Shown here piece by piece: positions 21,601 through 29,891 of a DNA stretch of 64,000 bases. The stretch comes from Hyphomicrobiaceae bacterium (GTDB taxonomy: Bacteria; Pseudomonadota; Alphaproteobacteria; Rhizobiales; Hyphomicrobiaceae). The stretch lies in NCBI GenBank assembly GCA_025359185.1, contig JANYHF010000106.1:4795-68794 (forward strand), given 5' to 3'. The notes beneath the pieces were generated by a model that was given only the letters and a program-made list of their open reading frames with translations, was not told the DNA's origin and ran no database searches. Each line of letters opens with the position of its first letter. The first letter of the stretch is position 1. The translations under genes were made by a program, and so were the position numbers.

Positions 21601-21729
21601 AGTGATGCTCTCCCTTGAGGAAACAACATGCCAGGGCAAGCCTGTTCGGTTCTGGAAATGTGCCGCGCGATCGAGATACGGCGACCGTTCATCCAAGCTT
21701 GTTCTGGCGACAGTGGAAAATGGCATAAG

Positions 21730-21740
21730 ACTGTGACAGT
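21730..21740. promoter_or_regulatory. 11-bp palindrome ACTGT-G-ACAGT in the divergent promoter region
   Basis: Read directly. It lies between the ABC operon start (21600) and the M28-fusion gene start (21827). Candidate operator only. Confidence 0.25.
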
Positions 21741-21826
21741 TACAACTCGCAGCAAGGCTTTGGGTCCACAAGCCGAATTAGGCTGGCACCAAGACGGATT
21801 GTAAATAGAGAAGTAAGGAGAACGTC

Positions 21827-24760
21827 GTGGCAAAGCCCATGAAGCATTGGCGCGATCTGGTTGGCACAGCCTACCCTCCGCGTGGGCAAGGCAGCTTCCC
21901 AATTGCCGCCTATTCCGAGTTCATGCCCGCGCCGCGCATCGGACTGAAACCCTATGGCACCTGGTCACTGGCCCATCTCAGCGAGGCCGACCCTCAGCGT
22001 TGGCTGGTGACGCCGCGCGAGGAGGAGCATTTCCTGCGGCCAGGGCTTGCCAACATCGGCGCTCAGATCGTCAACGATCTCGTGGCGGTGGCTGGCGGCA
22101 AGACCGTGCACCATATCGGCGCGATCCATCTGGCCGATAACCGGTATTGGCCGAAAGCGCTCGCCAATGCGGCGAGTTCGCTCGCGCATGAGCGCTTTCT
22201 CATTCTGTCACCGTTGGCGTTATCGCGCACCCAGGACGATAAGGGCCGGGTGCGGTGGACGTTGTTTGGCGGAAGTGACGAAGGGCCGTCACGCGGCTTC
22301 TGGCAGAGCTTCTACTCAGCGCCGGGGGTTGAACGGCCCGAAGACCAGGGCCGGGCGATGCTCGCAGAATTGCTCACGGAAGTTTACGGCAAACCCTTTC
22401 CGGATTTAAAGGCCGCCGGATTGCGGGTGCTTCCGGAGGAGAGTGATCCCGAGTTCCCAACCTGGACGCAAACGCCCCCGCCATCCTGGATGGTGGACAT
22501 GATGCTTGGCCAGCGCGAGGACATTGTCAACGTCACGTATCTGCTGACGTTCCAGGCTTTCAGTACCCTGCCCGCCAATGTGCAGACGGCTTATCTCGCT
22601 GGAGGTCTGCACCTGCTGCCCTACCCTGGTTCGATGGTGTTTTGGGGATCACCGCACTACCGGAAACTGGCTACGGCGCTGCCCGGCGCGATCCAAATTC
22701 CGCTGCTGCAAAGCATCGCCCGGCATGAGAGCTACTACGGCATCCGCGTGCCTCAATCAGGCTGGATGTTCGAACGTGGCAAGAGTGGCAAGCAACACAA
22801 CGCGGCGCTCGGCCCCTTGCGCAACAGTTTCCGCCGCAGCCACCGCTGGGAGTGGATCGAGCGCAACGACGAGGCCGATAGCACAACCGTCGAGCAAGGA
22901 ATGCAGAAGGTACTGTTCAGTGCGCATCCGGACGATGTCGGGTTGTATGGCAAGCCGATGGGCCGCAATGCGCAGGTCTGGACCGATGGATTTGAGGCGG
23001 TGCTGCACGGCCCCACCGCCGATAGTACTGTGCTGAAACGGGTCATCAGCCGAGTTGCAGGCGGCGGCTCGTTCGGCTATCGCATGTACTATCCGCCGAT
23101 GACGCTCGGGCCGGCCGAAGTGTTCTGGCACCGGCCATTGGTGGCCTTTCGTGATGTCACGACGGGCAAGGCAAGGACGTTCACGGACGGTTTCACCGGG
23201 TTCTTGTGCGCTCGCGAGCCGGGTGCTACACTTGGACAGGCCTTCCAATTTTGGCCTGCCTTTCCAGTTCCGGTCACCAACGATCCGCCGCCGCCCGGCA
23301 AGAATCCGACGGTTGCCACCGCGCGCGCTCACGCCGAACTCAATTTACGCAAACTCGCGCTTGGCCAGCAGGTGCTCGGGCCGAAGCTGCCCGAGAGTTT
23401 CGCTCGTGCGTTGCTCACGGCGGACAAGGACTTTGATTTTGTCCAGTGGCAATCGCAGGCTGTCAAAGCCAATGCCGCGGCACCGCAGTTGGCGGCGCTT
23501 CTGTCGATGCAGGCAAAGGTTTCGGCCGCCGAAAAACTCAAGCCGTCGCAGGCCCTCACCTTCGGCTACACCGCGACCCGGGATTTTGAATTCACCTATT
23601 GGAACACAATCTCTGCACTTTCGATGGGCGTGTACACCACCAAGAACAACGGCGATGTGGTCGTCGATCCGGTCACGCTGAAACACCGTAAGACCAGCAG
23701 CCGTGACCTTGATCGGTTGGGCGATTATCTCATCTCATACTATCAGAAGCTGATCGCCGGTGCGGGAATGACCGGCAACGCGCAGGCCGGCGAGCACCGG
23801 TTCCAATGGCGCACAGACTTCGACTATGAATGGATGGGCGGCTGGACGCTGAACCAGAAGAGTGACGCCGAACGTAACATCATCTGCGTCATCCCCGGCA
23901 AAAACCGTAAAGAAGCTGTCGTGCTCGGCGACCACTACGACACCGCCTACATGGAGGATGTGTTCGGCTATGGCGACTACAAGGGCGATGGTGCGCGCCT
24001 TGCCGCTGCCGGCGCCGATGATAACAACTCCGCGACAGCCACACTGATGCTCGCGGCACCGATTTTCCTTGAGATGAGCAAACGCGGCGAGCTCGGTTGC
24101 GATATCTGGCTCGTTCATCTCACCGGCGAGGAGTTCCCATCCGACTGCCTGGGCGCACGCAACCTCAGCCAGGCCTTGATCGAGCGCTCGTTGAAACTGG
24201 CTGTTCCAGGTAAAAAGCCGGTTGATCTCTCAGGCACGCGCGTTCGCGGCGTCTATGTGATGGACATGATCGCGCACAATAACGACCGTAACCGCGACAT
24301 CTTCCAAATCGCGCCCGGTACCGATCCGCAATCGCTGTGGCTGGCATTCCAGGCGCAGCGGGCGTGCGAGCTGTGGCGGCTGGGTGCGGAAAAATGGAAC
24401 CAGACGCCGGAGCGCAAGGCGGCGAAACGGGGCAAGCGGAGCAAGGACCCGGCCAAGATGCCTGCGGTCGCCCGCCACCTCGTGCCCCTAGGCGAGGTGC
24501 GCCCGCATTTCGATCCCAAAAGCACGCTCTTCAACACCGACGGCCAGGTGTTCTCGGACGCAGGCGTGCCGGTGGTCCTCTTCATGGAGAACTACGACAT
24601 CAACCGTCAGGGCTACCACGACCAACACGACACTATGGAAAACATAGATCTGGACTATGGCGCTGCGGTCGCAGCCATCTGCATCGAGGCCGCCGCCCGC
24701 GCAGCCATCGAAACCCCGCCCGATTTTGAGGCCATCCGCAAAAAGGCGATGGGGGGTTGA
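21827..24760 (+). CDS. large cytoplasmic protein: uncharacterised N-terminal ~640 aa fused to a C-terminal M28 family zinc peptidase domain
   Basis: GTG at 21827 lies 6 nt after TAAGGAG. The C-terminal third has M28-type metal-ligand blocks (VLGDHYDTAY, GADDNNSATATLM, HLTGEEFPSDCLGAR, MDMIAHN, QGYHDQHDT). No signal peptide or TM. I cannot assign the N-terminal region to any family. Confidence 0.8.
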   Translation: MAKPMKHWRDLVGTAYPPRGQGSFPIAAYSEFMPAPRIGLKPYGTWSLAHLSEADPQRWLVTPREEEHFLRPGLANIGAQIVNDLVAVAGGKTVHHIGAIHLADNRYWPKALANAASSLAHERFLILSPLALSRTQDDKGRVRWTLFGGSDEGPSRGFWQSFYSAPGVERPEDQGRAMLAELLTEVYGKPFPDLKAAGLRVLPEESDPEFPTWTQTPPPSWMVDMMLGQREDIVNVTYLLTFQAFSTLPANVQTAYLAGGLHLLPYPGSMVFWGSPHYRKLATALPGAIQIPLLQSIARHESYYGIRVPQSGWMFERGKSGKQHNAALGPLRNSFRRSHRWEWIERNDEADSTTVEQGMQKVLFSAHPDDVGLYGKPMGRNAQVWTDGFEAVLHGPTADSTVLKRVISRVAGGGSFGYRMYYPPMTLGPAEVFWHRPLVAFRDVTTGKARTFTDGFTGFLCAREPGATLGQAFQFWPAFPVPVTNDPPPPGKNPTVATARAHAELNLRKLALGQQVLGPKLPESFARALLTADKDFDFVQWQSQAVKANAAAPQLAALLSMQAKVSAAEKLKPSQALTFGYTATRDFEFTYWNTISALSMGVYTTKNNGDVVVDPVTLKHRKTSSRDLDRLGDYLISYYQKLIAGAGMTGNAQAGEHRFQWRTDFDYEWMGGWTLNQKSDAERNIICVIPGKNRKEAVVLGDHYDTAYMEDVFGYGDYKGDGARLAAAGADDNNSATATLMLAAPIFLEMSKRGELGCDIWLVHLTGEEFPSDCLGARNLSQALIERSLKLAVPGKKPVDLSGTRVRGVYVMDMIAHNNDRNRDIFQIAPGTDPQSLWLAFQAQRACELWRLGAEKWNQTPERKAAKRGKRSKDPAKMPAVARHLVPLGEVRPHFDPKSTLFNTDGQVFSDAGVPVVLFMENYDINRQGYHDQHDTMENIDLDYGAAVAAICIEAAARAAIETPPDFEAIRKKAMGG

Positions 24761-24777
24761 CGCTGCCCACCACTTTC

Positions 24778-24870
24778 GTCGTGGCCGGGCTTGACCCGGC
24801 CATCCATAGTCCAGAGTGCAGGTCGAGCGGCTCGTGGCCCTGGATGGACGTGTCAAGCTTGGCCCCGACG
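24778..24870. repeat. inverted pair of 30-bp GC-rich palindromic (REP-like) elements
   Basis: CGTCGTGGCCGGGCTTGACCCGGCCATCCA (24778-24807) and TGGATGGACGTGTCAAGCTTGGCCCCGACG (24841-24870) are reverse complements at 25 of 30 positions. A third copy is at 41584-41615. The position just after the 21827..24760 stop suggests terminator or mRNA-stabiliser use. Confidence 0.7.
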
Positions 24871-24886
24871 AAAATTTGGTAAGATC

Positions 24887-25627
24887 GTGATTTTACTCCG
24901 CGATAAAACTGTCAGTTTCAGCATTATTGTCTTGGTGCTGATGATCACCGCTCTCTTCCTCGTCCTGCGCTTCGGGGACATGCCGCAGATTATCGGCCGC
25001 CTGTTGCCGCTAGATCTCTCCCAACCTGCACAGGTCTTCCGGGATTGGCGGATCGCCGCGCTCGCCCATGACAAGGATCTTTGCGCGCGCGTGCTGACAT
25101 CGCCGCTGGTGCGCTGGGCTCCGGTTGAAGACAAACCCGTTGAGAACGGCTGCGGCTGGAACAACGCCATCCGTCTGGAGGCGGCAGGCAACGCGAACCT
25201 GGCAGCCGATCCGATCACTTGCCCGATGGCTGCGGGCCTCACGCTTTGGCTGACGCATGAGGTGCAGCCCGCCGCCAAGCGCTTGCTCGGCCACACCGTC
25301 AAATCCATCAAGACCCTCGGGAGCTACTCTTGCCGTGGCATCAACGGCAACGCTTATGTCAATAGCCTGAAAAAGCTCGGCCTGCCGGTTCCGCGCAGCG
25401 AACATGCGCTTGCCAACGCCATCGACATCGCCGTCTTCGAACTCGACGATGGCCAGAGCGTCAGCGTGCTGAAAGAGTGGCACACCAGCGGCGCCAAAGC
25501 CGATTTCCTGCACGAGGCCCATGACGGCGCCTGCCGGTTCTTCCGCGTGGTGCTCGGCCCTGAAGCCAACGCGGCGCATCAGAGCCATTTCCACTTGGAT
25601 CGCGGCCCCTGGCACGCGTGCCGGTAA
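24887..25627 (+). CDS. extensin-like C-terminal domain protein (membrane-anchored)
   Basis: CGWNNAIRLEAAG, CPMAAGLTLWL, SYSCRGING, RSEHALANAIDIAVFEL, ANAAHQSHFHLDRG match the bacterial Extensin-like_C family. Start placed at in-frame GTG 24887 because the track start (24791) lies inside the REP pair. ATG 24941 is also possible. Confidence 0.75.
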   Translation: MILLRDKTVSFSIIVLVLMITALFLVLRFGDMPQIIGRLLPLDLSQPAQVFRDWRIAALAHDKDLCARVLTSPLVRWAPVEDKPVENGCGWNNAIRLEAAGNANLAADPITCPMAAGLTLWLTHEVQPAAKRLLGHTVKSIKTLGSYSCRGINGNAYVNSLKKLGLPVPRSEHALANAIDIAVFELDDGQSVSVLKEWHTSGAKADFLHEAHDGACRFFRVVLGPEANAAHQSHFHLDRGPWHACR

Positions 25628-25773
25628 CACCCGCGTGCCAAAGCCGGTCAGTTGGCGATGCCGCATTCATCATAGAACTAACACGCGCACCCCCAGACCA
25701 GAGAGGTTAATTTGCCGTTCGCTTGCAGCCGCTAATTTGCTCAATCGTGAGTATTGATGTTTGGGGTGCAGCG

Positions 25774-27036
25774 ATGAACTGGCTGAAACGCAAGACGGAA
25801 ACCTTTGCCAAGGATCGCGAAGGCTCCATCGCGATTGTGTTCTCGCTCATCCTGGTGGTGCTGGTTTGCCTGCTTGGCCTCGCGATTGACTTTGCCCGGG
25901 CCCAGCGCGCGTCCGCTGTTGTCATGAGGTCGATTGACGCTGCGGCCCTCTACGGATCGAAAGTCCTGGTGGAGGACGGGGCCAGCGATGGCGAGGTCAA
26001 GACTCGTGTCGCCAACTTCCTCGATTCACAGATCCGAACCAATACTATGCAGGGCAGCTCCTATTCGGGTCTGCACATGATCACGGACCCTGTCGAAGGC
26101 TCCGTGAGCATTGACGTTGAAGTCCATGTGCCAACGACGTTTTCGCGAATCTTCAATGCCGACAGCATTAGTTTTCACAAATCTGCCAAGACATCCTACA
26201 AAATCAAGAATGTCGAATTGGCGATGGTGCTGGATACGACCGGGTCGATGGGCAGCAACAACAAGATCGACGAACTCAAGGTGGCCGCCTCTCAGGCCAT
26301 CGATATCCTGATGCCGCCAAACCGGCCGGCCTTCAACAAGATTGCCTTGGCGCCCTATTCTGCGTCGGTCAATGCCGGGGCACTTGCGGGCGCTGTCAGC
26401 AATGGTGCAAGCGTCGATCAGTGTGTCGTCGAGCGTCAAGGCGCCACGACCGCTACCGACGACCTTCCGGTCGCTGCCGATGCCTTACTCATTGCAGATA
26501 CCGTTTTGAACCCCAACTATTCCTGCCCGGTACAAGAAATCATGCCACTGAGCAAGGATGCCAACCTGCTCAAAACAACAATCAATGCCTATGGCGTGGG
26601 CGGTGGTACTGCGGGCCACATCGGACTGGCCTGGGGCTGGTATCTGATTTCGCCGAACTGGAACGGGTTCTGGCCGACAGTAAGCGCGGCCAAACCGTAT
26701 GGCGATCCCAAAACAATCAAAGCCATCATCATGATGACCGATGGCGCTTTCAACACCAGTTACTACAACGGCCCGATCAACACGACCTCCGCGCCGCAAG
26801 GGCTGGCGCTTTGTGACGCGATCAAAGCGGCTGGAATAACGATCTACTCAATTGGCTTTGAACTTGCGTCCAACCCACCGCCCGATGATGTCAATGCACC
26901 AATCCTGCTGAGTGCCTGCGCCAGCCCCGACGGTGGCGGCGGAACAGAATTTTACAACGCCACCAACGGCAGCGACTTGTCGGCTGCATTCGTCAAAATT
27001 GCAGGCAAACTGTCGAAGCTGCGACTATCGAACTGA
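25774..27036 (+). CDS. TadG/TadE-like N-terminal domain + von Willebrand factor A domain protein
   Basis: ATG 25774. N-terminus EGSIAIVFSLILVVLVCLLGLAIDFARA is the Tad-like pseudopilin-type segment. vWA MIDAS-like VLDTTGSMG. No other tad/cpa genes in the window. Confidence 0.8.
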   Translation: MNWLKRKTETFAKDREGSIAIVFSLILVVLVCLLGLAIDFARAQRASAVVMRSIDAAALYGSKVLVEDGASDGEVKTRVANFLDSQIRTNTMQGSSYSGLHMITDPVEGSVSIDVEVHVPTTFSRIFNADSISFHKSAKTSYKIKNVELAMVLDTTGSMGSNNKIDELKVAASQAIDILMPPNRPAFNKIALAPYSASVNAGALAGAVSNGASVDQCVVERQGATTATDDLPVAADALLIADTVLNPNYSCPVQEIMPLSKDANLLKTTINAYGVGGGTAGHIGLAWGWYLISPNWNGFWPTVSAAKPYGDPKTIKAIIMMTDGAFNTSYYNGPINTTSAPQGLALCDAIKAAGITIYSIGFELASNPPPDDVNAPILLSACASPDGGGGTEFYNATNGSDLSAAFVKIAGKLSKLRLSN

Positions 27037-27042
27037 CGCCCG

Positions 27043-27087
27043 CACAAACAAAAGCTCCCAGCGCACAAGTACAAAGTGCGCGGGGAG
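27043..27087 (-). terminator. rho-independent terminator (for 27118..27516, possibly bidirectional)
   Basis: Stem CTCCCAGCGCAC / GTGCGCGGGGAG (12 bp, one mismatch, 27055-27066 and 27076-27087). It is followed on the minus strand by CTTTTGTTTGTG, about 30 nt past the stop at 27118. Confidence 0.55.
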
Positions 27088-27117
27088 ATTTCAACTGGTT
27101 ATCGCGAAGTCAGAGGA

Positions 27118-27516
27118 TCAGCCGTAGTGGCTGGCCCCCATGGCGCGGTTTGGCGGCATCCCAATCGCCGGTTCAGCGGCCCTTTGCAGATGGCGCAGCA
27201 CATCGTGCAAGCTCTCCATCAACGGCGCGTCACCTGCGACCTGCCCATCCAGACCAAGGCTTGCCGCCTCGCGCTCGAGTTCGCGAGAATAGGCCTCCAG
27301 CACCGGCTTGATGGCAGGCCCGAGAGCATCGACAAACCGCTTGCGCGCTTGGCCGAGGCTCACGAAGCTCACCTTGTCGGCAAAATTGATGCTGCCTTCA
27401 GTGCCTTGCAGAAGGCGCACGCCGGTTGCGAGCATGTCGCGCGCCGCGCGGATTTCCTTCTGATAGTCGGCCTGATATTCCCGCCGCAGCGTATTAAGTG
27501 CCTCTGTCCTCTCCAT
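27118..27516 (-). CDS. hypothetical helical protein
   Basis: ATG 27514-27516 with an AGGGGGG SD-like run upstream (MERTEALNTLRREYQADYQKEIRAARD...). A terminator follows. No family recognised. Confidence 0.45.
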   Translation of the reverse strand: MERTEALNTLRREYQADYQKEIRAARDMLATGVRLLQGTEGSINFADKVSFVSLGQARKRFVDALGPAIKPVLEAYSRELEREAASLGLDGQVAGDAPLMESLHDVLRHLQRAAEPAIGMPPNRAMGASHYG

Positions 27517-27873
27517 TAACGCCCCCCTGAAGCCTTGCCAATTCTTCAGGCTCCCACCGGAGCCCCCTAATAACGCGCTCAACCCTCATTGACTGCCAGC
27601 TGCGGCCACTTTTCAGTAGCCCCGCGGCCACACCTGACATCTACGCGAAACAGGAGAATCACTCGTGTGATGAGTTGTTATAGCAGGTTGCAGCAACGCC
27701 GTTGCCACCTGGATGTGGATAACTCGGGGCGCAAATGTCACTGGTGCCAAAACGCGACGCCTGGCCGAACGCGACAATAGTCCGCATGGGGAACAGGCCA
27801 CCGCGCGGATCCCTGCCATGGTTGTTCTGTTTGTCTATGCTATCGGGCACTTCTGCACTTACAAGGCTGACTA

Positions 27874-28455
27874 ATGACCTTGCCGCCGCGAATCGCCGAC
27901 CCGGACCGGATGGAGGAGCGCTTGCCCTGCGATCCCGTAGCCGTGGTGTTGCCAGCCCTGGCGGCGCTTGGCGCTATCGCTGGCATTGCGGTCATGCCAT
28001 TTGTTGCCCAGGATCGCGCACCGCAGCATGGCCGCGGGCACCGCAAAGCGCCGGCCGCGATCCGCGATCTGGAAACCGACAGTTTGCAGCTGCAGGAAAT
28101 TTTTCGGCGGCTTCAGCGTAACTTGCGCTCTGCCGGCGGCGGTCAGGCCGTCGCCGCGGCACCTTTGAAATTTGGCCTGTTCGGCGTCGATCTCGCCGAT
28201 GCGTCCCTCGTCGGTGAAATTGCGCGGGTGTTGGGCGCCTCGGTCAAAGACACCGGCGATGTCATGCGTGCCGTTGAGGATGGCAATATCGATGCGAGCG
28301 ACGAGCTGTGCCACGGCTTTGGCCTTTGCCAGGAGCGGCTCAGCAGACTTGTGATGGAACGCGCCAGCGTCCGGGTTGCCATTGACGAGGGCCTGGCGGT
28401 GTCGCTCCGACTGACCGAGCTGATTGTTGAACTGAAGCGATCCGTCAAAGATTAG
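27874..28455 (+). CDS. hypothetical single-pass membrane protein
   Basis: Codon third positions are G/C-rich and the amino-acid content is gene-like on the plus strand. One TM (VAVVLPALAALGAIAGIAVMPFV) then a helical C-terminal region. The overlapping minus-strand ORF 27871..28554 is Arg/Ala/Gly-rich and looks like a shadow. No family recognised. Confidence 0.5.
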   Translation: MTLPPRIADPDRMEERLPCDPVAVVLPALAALGAIAGIAVMPFVAQDRAPQHGRGHRKAPAAIRDLETDSLQLQEIFRRLQRNLRSAGGGQAVAAAPLKFGLFGVDLADASLVGEIARVLGASVKDTGDVMRAVEDGNIDASDELCHGFGLCQERLSRLVMERASVRVAIDEGLAVSLRLTELIVELKRSVKD

Positions 28456-28626
28456 CGGCTGAGGACAACGCCTGGCTGGGGACCGGATTTGGTCACAATA
28501 GCATGTCACGCCCAGTTCAGCGGATAACGGCAACCGCCCCAACGACGCGAGCAATGCTCCTTTGCAGGGACTTTATTAAGACTTGTGACGTTTTGGGGTT
28601 TTAGGATTTTTGGGGAAACGACTACA

Positions 28627-29136
28627 ATGCTCAACACCGTGCGCAACGGCGCCATCGCCGCAGTCATCGCAGCCGCAGCCCTGATACCGGGCTCAGCGCT
28701 CGGCACCGGCAGTGCCGTTCCAGACCCATCGGGAGAGCTGGTTACCAACCTCATCGGCCGCTGGGCCGGCAACGGTGATGCCCTCTTCAAGGACGGCAAG
28801 CATGAGCCGTTCAAATGCGTGGTGGTCTATTTCACAGACAAGGCCGGCGACAAAGTCAAGCAGACCATCCGCTGCAACAGCACCAGGCTGGATCTCGCAG
28901 TGGAAAGCAACTGGCAGGTGAGCGCTGGCAGCATCACTGGAACTTGGCGCGAGACCAAGTACGAACTCAAGGGCACGCTGCTCGGCAGCATGGACCCCGA
29001 GGGCTACAATCTCTACGCCGAGAACGAGTTCGCCAACGCCACCATTTCGGTGCGCACATCGGCCTGCCAGCAGGACGTGGTGATGAAGTTCAGCAAGGAA
29101 GTCGATACGCTGACGGCGCAGCTGAAGAAGTGCTGA
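28627..29136 (+). CDS. secreted 4-Cys protein, paralog 1 (unknown family)
   Basis: ATG 28627, signal peptide MLNTVRNGAIAAVIAAAALIPGSALG. The mature part aligns gaplessly with the next gene (55 of 132 identical by hand count), including 4 conserved Cys and a C-terminal KC. Confidence 0.65.
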   Translation: MLNTVRNGAIAAVIAAAALIPGSALGTGSAVPDPSGELVTNLIGRWAGNGDALFKDGKHEPFKCVVVYFTDKAGDKVKQTIRCNSTRLDLAVESNWQVSAGSITGTWRETKYELKGTLLGSMDPEGYNLYAENEFANATISVRTSACQQDVVMKFSKEVDTLTAQLKKC

Positions 29137-29241
29137 AGACCCTGCGCGCCAGGCGGAGGATGCTGGCGTCGCCAATCGTTAATACTCCTCGGGCACCATC
29201 GTTGCGAATCGTATCGCCGCCTATGTGAAGAACTGAGTTCT

Positions 29242-29784
29242 ATGCTGCCAGGCCTTACCCATCGCGGGCTAACACTGCTGCTGACCGCAGCGACGTTCGC
29301 TTCGGCCAATGCCGCCGCATTGGATGCCGATGGTGTGCCCGTGCCGACGCCTGTTTCGGCCCAGGCCGCCTTCCACGATGCGTCCTTGCTGCAGGACTTG
29401 GCTGGCCGATGGTCGGGCATTGGCTCGGCCCTTTACACCGATGGCAGCAGCGAACGGCTGCGATGCGTGGCAACTTATGTGCCCGAACGGCTAGGCACTG
29501 CCGTGCACCAGGTGATCCGCTGCAAGGGCACGGCGATGGATCTGAAACTCGGCGGGGCCTGGGCCATCAAGGATGGCAGCATCGCTGGAACCTGGACCGA
29601 GGAAACCTATTCGCTATCGGGCAGCCTCAACGGGCAGGCCGCGCCTGCGGGGTTTGACGTCAAAGCCACCAGCACCTTTGCCGACGTATCGGTCGCCGTG
29701 CGCATGTCCGGCTGCACCCAAGACATCACGATGACGTTCAGTCAGCAGATTGATCGGATGCACTTAGCTTTGCATAAGTGCTGA
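29242..29784 (+). CDS. secreted 4-Cys protein, paralog 2 (unknown family)
   Basis: Signal peptide (LTLLLTAATFASANA). Shared blocks with paralog 1: GRW.G.G.AL..DG, C(V).Y, Q.IRC, GSI.GTW.E..Y.L.G.L.G, VR...C.QD..M.FS, L.KC-end. Confidence 0.65.
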   Translation: MLPGLTHRGLTLLLTAATFASANAAALDADGVPVPTPVSAQAAFHDASLLQDLAGRWSGIGSALYTDGSSERLRCVATYVPERLGTAVHQVIRCKGTAMDLKLGGAWAIKDGSIAGTWTEETYSLSGSLNGQAAPAGFDVKATSTFADVSVAVRMSGCTQDITMTFSQQIDRMHLALHKC

Positions 29785-29891
29785 TTGGCTCCAGCATCCG
29801 CAGCAATGCTGCTTGGTGACGCTGGCAGGATTTTTTCCTGTACCCAAGAGCCATTCGCGGTTAGGCCGTTTGCAAGATCTCCAGCGCTCTA

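Noticed and set aside
27871-28554. 227-aa minus-strand ORF overlapping 27874..28455
   Set aside because: The plus-strand frame has gene-like third-position GC and a TM helix plus helical domain. The minus-strand translation is Arg/Ala/Gly/Gln-rich without features. I kept the plus-strand call, at only moderate confidence.
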